Positions 1-7,275 of a stretch of DNA of 15,839 nucleotides are shown here, one piece after another. The stretch's first letter is position 1. Each line of letters begins with the position of its first letter. Under the pieces are notes generated by a model that was not told the DNA's origin, ran no database searches, and was given only the letters and a program-made list of their open reading frames with translations. A program made the translations under genes and the position numbers. The stretch spans positions 1-15,839 of the forward strand of contig JANRJA010000174.1 in the NCBI GenBank assembly GCA_033764315.1, in the 5' to 3' direction. Origin of the DNA: Oculatellaceae cyanobacterium bins.114 (GTDB taxonomy: Bacteria > Cyanobacteriota > Cyanobacteriia > Elainellales > Elainellaceae).

Positions 1-273
1 CAAATTCGCTCGCTTTCAGTCCTGTTAAGCTTTGTAGTACTTGTGGTTTGTTTTGAACTTGCTCGTAAGACAGCATTCTAAGCCCCGCAGTTTACCCTCA
101 ACCTTTTTCTACTAATCTAGCTATTTCCGATTAAGTTTAATAAAGAGGAACTGGGAAGGCTAGTGAGTGAGGCGGTTGGAAAAGAATGATACAATGGAAC
201 ATTATACTACCGCTAAGTAGTGATGTGAACAAAAATATAAATTGTGTAAAAAATTATTATCAATGGAATAACA

Positions 274-792
274 ATGAATCGACGAATTTCGTTTGTCTAT
301 TCACGTGCTTTAACAAAAGAAGCAGTAAAAAGCTTCTGGCTGCGACACGATGGACGTTTCTATACCTTCTGGATTGCGACAATTCTTTTTGCTTTAACTG
401 CATTCCTAATGTCTACTAATACAGAACAGTTTTCCCAGGCTGAAATCTTTGGCTTGGGTATCTTAGTTGGTGCTTTAGGCGTTTTTGTGTTTCAGATTAC
501 TAACTCACATGGAAGTATTGAGAGAACTATCTCATTATTTTCAAAGAAGATGAACGGTATAGAATTCGTATATACGTTCGACCCGCAGGGCATATCTGTG
601 GAGTATGCTGATAATTCAGCAAATTTTTCTTGGAAATTTATTGACCGACTATGGATAAAATCAAATATTTGGATCCTGTGGAGTGATTGGAATGTTAATT
701 TCAGTTTCTTATTACCTGCTAGTTTGCTAGATGCTGATTTACAGCAATTTATTACTGAGAGGATTACAGAATCTGGAGGAAAGGTTGAGTAG
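274..792 (+). CDS. YcxB-like membrane protein (2 TM helices + soluble C-terminal domain)
   Basis: 172 aa ORF; hydrophobic segments FWIATILFALTAFLM and IFGLGILVGALGVFVF followed by YTFDPQGISVE...FSWKFI...WILW, the pattern of YcxB-family C-termini. AT-rich, no HIP1. Confidence 0.6.
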   Translation: MNRRISFVYSRALTKEAVKSFWLRHDGRFYTFWIATILFALTAFLMSTNTEQFSQAEIFGLGILVGALGVFVFQITNSHGSIERTISLFSKKMNGIEFVYTFDPQGISVEYADNSANFSWKFIDRLWIKSNIWILWSDWNVNFSFLLPASLLDADLQQFITERITESGGKVE

Positions 793-808
793 TAGCTACG
801 ATGTTATC

Positions 809-870
809 GCTTAACTATCCCTTGTACTGACTGTTAATGTGCTGGGAATGAGCGAGAGGGTGAGTAGAAT
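809..870 (+). repeat. possible decayed left half of an attC-like repeat
   Basis: GCTTAAC (RYYYAAC) at 809-815, 16 bp after the ORF stop, followed by TATCCCTTGTACTGAC, loosely resembling the start of the two better attC-like repeats. No clear right arm or R' box; end coordinate approximate. Confidence 0.25.
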
Positions 871-934
871 AGCTATATCGTTTGAGAATTTAACGTCCCA
901 GTAACGGTTGTGGGGGCGATCGCCAGAGAACGCT

Positions 935-1021
935 GGCTAACAACCCCAACGCAGCGGACGGACGAGAGCCGCTGGTGCTGAGTTCGAGGTTATCTGCCGC
1001 CGCTGGTCGGGAACGTTGGGC
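935..1021 (+). mobile_element. attC-like integron cassette recombination site (copy 1)
   Basis: R'' GGCTAAC (935-941) ... R' GTTGGGC (1015-1021, GTTRRRY). Imperfect dyad CCCAACgCAGCGGaCGG / CCGCCGCTGGTCGGG with two unpaired bases (G, A), like attC extrahelical bases; 87 bp. Confidence 0.75.
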
Positions 1022-1104
1022 TGCAAAAGCTTTCGGTTAGGAACTTACTGGAAGTATGCAACATGATAGAATCATCGCATCTTAACCCATAATCGCATTA
1101 CACA

Positions 1105-1779
1105 TTGTCTTCAACTCACTCAACTCAAGATTCTCTATTTACGCCTCCACTCCTAAAAATTTTGATAGTAGAAGATGACCCTGTTATGCGATTGGGGTTA
1201 AAAGAGTTGTTTGAGGACAATCCGCAGTTTGAGATTGTGGATCTCGTCACAGATGGTTACTCAGCAATGGAATCTGCTGTGAAGCTAAAGCCCAACCTTG
1301 TCATTATGGATATTGGGCTACCCAAGTTAGACGGTATTGCCGCCACTCAACAGATTAAAGCAACGCTGCCTGACATTCGAGTGGTGATGTTGACATCTCA
1401 TACGGCTGAGCACGAAATGATTGCGGCGTTTGCGAGTGGTGCCGATGCCTATTGCATCAAAGGAACGAGCTTAGAGCAATTGTTGCTGGCGATCGCCTGT
1501 GCCCAAGAAGGTGCAGCTTACCTCGATCCGCAAATTGCGCGTCAGATTGTGACTAACCTCCAGCCCTCTTCGCCTAAACAGAATAGTGCTCAGCTTTCTA
1601 ATCGAGAACTGGAAGTGTTGAAGTGACGGGTGGACGGCAAAAGCAACCCTGAAATTGCCGAGCTACTTTATATTAGTCTCAGTACAGCCAAAGCCCATGT
1701 TCGCAGCATTATGAATAAATTAGCGGTTGATGACCGAGTCCAAGCGGCTGTCATTGCTCTGCGCTCAGGGTTGGTCTAG
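1105..1779 (+). pseudogene. NarL/FixJ-family response regulator (REC + LuxR HTH) interrupted by in-frame TGA at 1624-1626
   Basis: REC motifs ILIVEDD, VIMDIGLP, MLTS, YCIK. Past the TGA the same frame reads [50 protein letters not shown], completing the LuxR HTH, and ends at TAG 1777-1779. TTG start uncertain. Confidence 0.9.
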
Positions 1780-3190
1780 GGGCTACAGGCAACGTGAACC
1801 AAAATGTTGTTCCTAGTCCCGCTTGACTTGTGACTCCAATGTCGCCTCCATGTGCCTGAATAATTTGCTGACACACATATAGTCCCAGCCCTAACCCAGG
1901 CGTATACCGAGAATGAGTGCCTCGATAGTAAAGTTCAAACAAGCGTTTCTGTTGTTGAAGTGAAATGCCGATACCATTATCGTGAACGGTACAGCGAATC
2001 AGATGCGGCGTTTGTAGCGTTGCATCTAAAGTCAGTTGAATTCCACTGGGATTATGTTGTATCGCATTGGTAATGAGATTACTAAACACTCGGCAGAGTT
2101 GAGCTACATCCGCTTGAATGAGCGGTAAATGAGCATCAATTTGGTTAATCACAACAATCTGATTTTGATTGAGCAGTGCTTCTGAGTCAGCAATTACAGC
2201 CTCAACCAGTGTGCTTAATGGAAGCGGTTCACAACGCAGCGGTACACCTTTTGTCTCACTATTGTGGGCTTCTAAAATTGAGTCAATCAAGTTAAGTTGG
2301 CGATCGCTGCCTGCAAGTATTTGTTCTAATTTGGTTGCAGTAATGATTGCTTTGCCATCGGAGGCGATCGCTTTTTTCAACAAATTTTGCAACACAATCG
2401 ATGTACCAATCACGGGAGTTCGGAGATCGTGCGTAACCGCATGCAGAAACAATCGTAATTCCCGTCGAGACTCAAACTCGCGATACTGGAGCCGATCATA
2501 TAAGTACACTGCTACATCACAGATTAAGCAAATCCAGAGAGCTGAAAAAATTGTCTCCAGGTCAAATAGCCCAGATGCTCCAGGAATTTTAGTCACCCCC
2601 AAAATACCATTCCCTCCAAAGTAATACCCGATGCTGACCAATTGCGAAAACAAGTGTAGTTGCCAATTGATCGGCATTAGCACGACCTGTGCCATAAATA
2701 TAAAATTCCAGGATGCAAGAAATGGCACCCCATTTAAGGTTCCTAACACTTCGGGAATGAGGGTCATCGACCAGGATATGGCCAAAAATAGCAGGATGGG
2801 ATGACGGCTTCCCCACGAGGTTCTCTGGACTAGAAGACACAGCAATAGCAGCAGGTTTGTGACCCAATCACTGATCAGCACCAGCCTCTTAATCCGCTCA
2901 TACATCAAGGGATCATCCAACAGTTTGAGTGATAGTTGGATATTTTCTAGATCGGGATGAAGCACGAGATTGTAGAGGTTGATCACCGCAAACGTGACGT
3001 TGCATAGAAGAGCAAGCCACGCCAGCAGTCGCAATCGTCGTCCTAAAAATTGGCGTTGCCAAGTCCTGTATTCAGCAGACGTCGAAGAGCCAGTCAGCGA
3101 TTCGAGTTGAAATGTTCTCGTCCTCAACCATTCCAACACTCGTCGCCCTGATAACGCTCTGGTTACGCTCTGCTGCTTTGAGACTGCCAT
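1751..3190 (-). CDS. membrane-bound sensor histidine kinase (HisKA + HATPase_c)
   Basis: Multiple N-terminal TM segments; H-box [11 protein letters not shown]-box [11 protein letters not shown]1 DNGIGI, F-box LFELYY, G2 GLGLGL, terminal GTTFWFTLP. Confidence 0.93.
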   Translation of the reverse strand: MAVSKQQSVTRALSGRRVLEWLRTRTFQLESLTGSSTSAEYRTWQRQFLGRRLRLLAWLALLCNVTFAVINLYNLVLHPDLENIQLSLKLLDDPLMYERIKRLVLISDWVTNLLLLLCLLVQRTSWGSRHPILLFLAISWSMTLIPEVLGTLNGVPFLASWNFIFMAQVVLMPINWQLHLFSQLVSIGYYFGGNGILGVTKIPGASGLFDLETIFSALWICLICDVAVYLYDRLQYREFESRRELRLFLHAVTHDLRTPVIGTSIVLQNLLKKAIASDGKAIITATKLEQILAGSDRQLNLIDSILEAHNSETKGVPLRCEPLPLSTLVEAVIADSEALLNQNQIVVINQIDAHLPLIQADVAQLCRVFSNLITNAIQHNPSGIQLTLDATLQTPHLIRCTVHDNGIGISLQQQKRLFELYYRGTHSRYTPGLGLGLYVCQQIIQAHGGDIGVTSQAGLGTTFWFTLPVAPRPTLSAEQ

Positions 3191-3356
3191 ATCACCTGTT
3201 TGAGTTGAATGCAGTCAATCTATCATTTGTCTTCAGGCCGTCGCTATTGATCTATCGGTCAAGTCCAGGCGATCGATGTGGCAGGGGGGAGGAAATTCCT
3301 ATAGTCGAACCAGTTCACCAGCCATCTGGCTATCCGTCAGTTTTGAGGATCATCCT

Positions 3357-5228
3357 ATGGACACCACTTCTTTGACCGACTCCAACTATCAGCCAGAGTC
3401 AATGTTGGCAGTATCGACTCGCAATTCTTCTATCTATCCTGCATTCGGTGCTAATTCGGGTTACGGCTTGTCTTTACTATCCACTTCCAACCCGCTTGCT
3501 CTTTCCCACATTGGCACCGATGGTAATGATAGTCTCAACGGCGATTATCCGCGAAACAACCGCTCCAGCGTAGCCTTGTATGGGTTAGAGGGCAATGATG
3601 TGATCACGGGAGGCATTCGTCAAGCTAATGTGTTGTTTGGCAATGATGGCAACGATCACATTGTGGGCGGGCAAAAGCAAGACGTATTGAATGGTGGAGC
3701 AGGGCGAGACCGATTGACCGGAAAGAATGGTCACGATTTGCTAGTTGGTGGGTCAGGGCGTGATCACCTTTGGGGCGGTAGGGGGAACGACACGCTTAAA
3801 GGTGAATCTGGCTCCGATCAACTCGCAGGGGGCGATGGCAACGACTATTTGGACGGTGGAGCTGGGATTGATCAACTCAATGGCGGTAATGGCAATGATG
3901 AGCTGATGGACTATGAGGGGGGCGATCGCCTCACGGGTGGGCGTGGTGCTGATCAGTTTGGGGTTGGCAGTCCTTGGGCGACAAAAGCCAGCGTTATTAC
4001 AGACTTTAAGGTCGGTACCGACCAACTTAAAATCTTGCGCTTGGGAGCGACCGTTGCAGACGTGACCTTCCAAATCTCGCAGAATGGCACCTTTGTACTG
4101 GATCAGGGCAAGAAAATTGCCTTTCTTTCTGGTGTGAACCGAGCGTTATCAGCCCATGATCTTGTCTTTGGATCGGCTCAGTTAGCAAGTGCCTTGCAAA
4201 CCAATCTCGATCAATTCCTAGCTCAAAACCCAGATACAACAGGCACAGCTACAACGGTAGTTGCTCCAGATGGAACCGTCTGGTCAGGATTTGGCGGATA
4301 TACCAATCGAGAAACCCAACCCCCAGTTAATGGTAATTCGCTCTTTAGTATTGGTAGCGTTACAAAGCCCATCATCGCCACCACCATCTTGCAATTGCGC
4401 GATGAAGGAAAACTCAGTTTGAATGACACGTTGAGCCAGTGGTTGCCAGATCTGTCACGCCAAATTCCCAATAGCGATCGCATCACGATTCAGCAATTGC
4501 TGAATCACACCAGCGGCATTCGAGATTACGTATCTGAACTGGTTAATTCAGCCATTAATGACCCCGATCTGGTGAAGTATTCCTTTACGACAAAGGAGCT
4601 AATTTCTTACATTGCAGACAAACCCGCTCTATTTGAGCCGGGACAAGACTACACCTATTGCAACACTGAATACATTCTGCTGGGAGAGATCATTGAAACC
4701 GCAACGGGATCAACCGTTGCCCAACAACTCCATCAGCGCATCTTTGATCCTTTGGGTATGACAGATACCTTTTATGCCCCTCAGGAAACGGTGAAAGGCA
4801 ATTGGGCTAGAGGTTATATCGATATTGATGGAGACGGTCAACTCGAACCGCTGAACGAGAGCCTTTACTGGGCGGGTGCTGCCGGTGGCATTGTTTCAAC
4901 CTCAAAGGATGTCGCCAAGTTTTCTCAAGCGTTATTCAGTGGTGAACTTTTAGCTCCAGCGACCTTAAAAGCCATGCTTTACAACAATGTGGCAACGGAA
5001 TCTGAAGGGTTGCGCTACGGCTCAGGGATCTCTGTTTCCGAGGATGTTCCAGGAATCGGAGAAGTTTGGGGACACACAGGTGCTACGTTTGTTTCACAGG
5101 GGCAGATGTTCTATTTGCCCGCTCAAAATGTGACGGTTACAGTAGTTGGAACTAGTCCAACCGAAAATATTACGGCTGACCTAGTTCGCGAGAATCTCCA
5201 GGACACGGTCAATGCTCCTACAACTTGA
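3357..5228 (+). CDS. RTX/hemolysin-type Ca-binding repeat protein fused to a serine hydrolase (beta-lactamase/D-Ala-D-Ala carboxypeptidase-like, S12-type)
   Basis: Run of GGxGxDxLx nonapeptides, then SxxK (SVTK), LLNHTSG, YxN (YCN) and HTG motifs. ATG 3357 preferred over GTG 3276 because GAGGA lies at 3345-3349. Confidence 0.88.
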   Translation: MDTTSLTDSNYQPESMLAVSTRNSSIYPAFGANSGYGLSLLSTSNPLALSHIGTDGNDSLNGDYPRNNRSSVALYGLEGNDVITGGIRQANVLFGNDGNDHIVGGQKQDVLNGGAGRDRLTGKNGHDLLVGGSGRDHLWGGRGNDTLKGESGSDQLAGGDGNDYLDGGAGIDQLNGGNGNDELMDYEGGDRLTGGRGADQFGVGSPWATKASVITDFKVGTDQLKILRLGATVADVTFQISQNGTFVLDQGKKIAFLSGVNRALSAHDLVFGSAQLASALQTNLDQFLAQNPDTTGTATTVVAPDGTVWSGFGGYTNRETQPPVNGNSLFSIGSVTKPIIATTILQLRDEGKLSLNDTLSQWLPDLSRQIPNSDRITIQQLLNHTSGIRDYVSELVNSAINDPDLVKYSFTTKELISYIADKPALFEPGQDYTYCNTEYILLGEIIETATGSTVAQQLHQRIFDPLGMTDTFYAPQETVKGNWARGYIDIDGDGQLEPLNESLYWAGAAGGIVSTSKDVAKFSQALFSGELLAPATLKAMLYNNVATESEGLRYGSGISVSEDVPGIGEVWGHTGATFVSQGQMFYLPAQNVTVTVVGTSPTENITADLVRENLQDTVNAPTT

Positions 5229-5301
5229 TTGGCTGTAAACTATCAGACTATTGCGGGGCATCGCGATCGCCTCAACTTAGAGCAGTGGGTGGGGCAACGC
5301 A

Positions 5302-5387
5302 GTCCAACAACATGTTGGTGCGGACGATCGCAAACTACTGGTGCTAAGTTTGAGGTTGTCTGCCGCCGCTGCTTTGAGCCGTTAGAG
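5302..5387 (+). mobile_element. attC-like site (copy 2, imperfect or chimeric)
   Basis: R'' GTCCAAC (5302-5308, RYYYAAC) ... GTTAGAG (5381-5387). Shares GCGGACG and a 34-nt core (31/34 identical: CTGGTGCTRAGTTYGAGGTTRTCTGCCGCCGCTG) with copy 1 at the same spacing to the GTT. Outer arms pair poorly. Confidence 0.7.
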
Positions 5388-5453
5388 CAAAGTGGAGGGA
5401 GCGATTCCTTCACTTTGGTTAACTGTGCCATGAGGCTAAACAACCCAAAACCC

Positions 5454-7115
5454 TCACACCAAAAGAATGCTCGATGGAGAAACATCGATCGCTCGAACAT
5501 TTCGCAAAATCGCTAATGTCTCACTCGTCACGCCATTATTAAACAACAAGAGAGTATGGCTGGCATTGCTGCCTGTTCCTTGCACCAGACTGATATCCGT
5601 TGGAGAGAGTCCACCCCCTAACTCAATGCGATCGCTCGTGATGTTGAAATCTGTAATCGTATCTGTGCCATCCCCCAGACGGAGTCGAAACGCATCGCTG
5701 CCGCTACCACCCGTCAAGCGATCGCTACCTGCATTGCCAACCAGCGTATCGTCTCCGTCACCCCCCAACAGAGTATCGGTGCCTGCACCACCCCGCAGAA
5801 TGTCATTACCACTCAACCCTTCCAGGCGATCGTTGCCGCCTTGTCCATTGATGACATCGGCTGAGTTGTTGAATCCCTTAACGGTGTTAGCGCGATCGTT
5901 GAGGAATGTGACCGAATTGCGGTTAAATAGCGAGTTATTCGTCCATTCGGCGTTAAAGACATCAAAACTATCGGCGATCGCGGTTTGCCCATCAAACAAA
6001 ATATTGCCCAAGTTAACAGATGCCCCTGTAGCTTTGGTGAGATTGTCCAGGTTTTCTAACTGAAAGGTTTTGAGTCTAACAATGGGGGTGTCCAGTCCTT
6101 CAAAGCTCACCTCTAAATCTGCACCCACTTGAGTCAGCAGTAGGTTGTCAGCGGTTAATCCAACTCCCTCAAATTGCAGTGTGTCTGCTGCTGCAATAGT
6201 GCTGGCAGACGGTCGAGCCCCCCGTCCTACCCCACCAAAATTGGTAATCTCTACAATGCCGCCTGTACCGCCTGTGCCGCCTGTACCGCCACTCGGATCA
6301 ATGGGAAATGTCGTTGAGCCACCTGACCCATCACCTCCTGTTGTGCCATCTTCACCGCCAGGAGGAATTGTGTCACCACCCCCATCTCCCCAGGGAAAGC
6401 CGGAAATATCGGGAGGACGCACGCTGCCCAAGGTGCCGCCTTTGATCAACAGAGCCGAATCAAAGATCCCATCGAACGCATCCCGCACGGTGATGACGAG
6501 GGTATTTCGAGCATTTTGAATGAGATTGCCTGTAAATAGCAGCGGTCGGGTATAACCATCTAACTTGGTAATGCTGCTATTGGGACCAACTCCCACTGGA
6601 TTATCGATATAGTCGGGGTGAAAAGCCCCATCGGGAGAAGAAACGAGATTGTTAATCGTAACACTGGTGGTCAGGTCACTCAAGGTTGCCAGATTAGTGC
6701 CATTTAGCTCTAACCGAAAGGAATCGTTGAATACGCTGCCACCAAACTCACGGAACTCTTCAGACCCAAACACATACTGAAAATAGAGGCGTTCAGCGAT
6801 GTTGTTGACATCAAAGTCGATCTGAATGGAGATGGTGTCATCGGGGTTACCGATCGCCCCAAAGTCGGTGCTTAAATCAATGCCAGGAGCAGTTCTGCCG
6901 TCACGGGTGTTAGCTCCCACAAGATGGGTGGCTTGCCCTGTGCTGAGGGTAATGCCATTGGTGAGGCTAAAGGGGTCATCCTGGAACGTGCCAAAGGCTC
7001 GTCCGTCGCCTACTAAAGCGATCGAGAAATTGCTTAAACCAGCCGTACCACCTGAGTTTAAAAGATTGGTCAGGAGTTGAAATCCGTCATTATTTTGCGA
7101 GATTGTGAATGCCAT
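5454..7115 (-). CDS. secreted Ca-binding protein: choice-of-anchor L-like N-terminal domain, Gly/Thr linker, C-terminal RTX repeats
   Basis: FQYVFGSEEF..F.GS.FNDSF and D..D..FDSALLI motifs; GGTGGTGGTGG linker; GQGGNDRL, GLSGNDIL, GGAGTDTL, GGDGDDTL repeats; GGAG upstream of ATG. Confidence 0.85.
   Translation of the reverse strand: MAFTISQNNDGFQLLTNLLNSGGTAGLSNFSIALVGDGRAFGTFQDDPFSLTNGITLSTGQATHLVGANTRDGRTAPGIDLSTDFGAIGNPDDTISIQIDFDVNNIAERLYFQYVFGSEEFREFGGSVFNDSFRLELNGTNLATLSDLTTSVTINNLVSSPDGAFHPDYIDNPVGVGPNSSITKLDGYTRPLLFTGNLIQNARNTLVITVRDAFDGIFDSALLIKGGTLGSVRPPDISGFPWGDGGGDTIPPGGEDGTTGGDGSGGSTTFPIDPSGGTGGTGGTGGIVEITNFGGVGRGARPSASTIAAADTLQFEGVGLTADNLLLTQVGADLEVSFEGLDTPIVRLKTFQLENLDNLTKATGASVNLGNILFDGQTAIADSFDVFNAEWTNNSLFNRNSVTFLNDRANTVKGFNNSADVINGQGGNDRLEGLSGNDILRGGAGTDTLLGGDGDDTLVGNAGSDRLTGGSGSDAFRLRLGDGTDTITDFNITSDRIELGGGLSPTDISLVQGTGSNASHTLLLFNNGVTSETLAILRNVRAIDVSPSSILLV
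6258..6290. repeat. 9-bp tandem repeat encoding a (GGT)n linker
   Basis: gccgcctgt accgcctgt gccgcctgt accgcc. Confidence 0.85.
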
Positions 7116-7176
7116 AGGGTTGCTCCAGTGAGGGCGTAATGCTTGTAGGGATGGGGATTTTATCCATTCTTTTTGG

Positions 7177-7260
7177 GGGAGGCTATCGATCTGCCCCCTC
7201 TCGACCTGTCTTTGCTCAAGAGGGGTGTTGCAAACGGTGAGGTCTGATCAATAGCCTCCC
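7177..7260. repeat. nested inverted repeat in the intergenic spacer between the two RTX genes
   Basis: GGGAGGCTATCGATC (7177-7191) / GATCAATAGCCTCCC (7246-7260), 14/15; inner CCCCTCTCGA (7195-7204) / TCAAGAGGGG (7216-7225), 9/10. Confidence 0.8.
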
Positions 7261-7275
7261 TTTTGAAAAGTGGGA

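Larger units (their letters stand above)
1016..5381 (+). mobile_element. putative ~4.37 kb multi-gene cassette (RR + HK + RTX serine hydrolase)
   Basis: Bounded by two same-orientation attC-like repeats. GTTGGGCTGC (1015-1024) is 9/10 complementary to GCAGTCCAAC (5299-5308), as expected for the two ends of one integrated cassette. Confidence 0.55.

Noticed and set aside
1624-1626. TGA as selenocysteine or a recoded stop
   Set aside because: Not a Cys-equivalent position, no evident SECIS-like hairpin, TGA terminates other genes here, and the other premature stop is TAA.
3276-3356. Longer GTG start for the RTX hydrolase
   Set aside because: No SD; ATG 3357 has GAGGA upstream.
935-5387. The two repeats as CRISPR repeats or IS ends
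   Set aside because: Only two copies, ~87 bp long, 4.3 kb apart, in direct orientation, with no spacers, cas genes or transposase between them.
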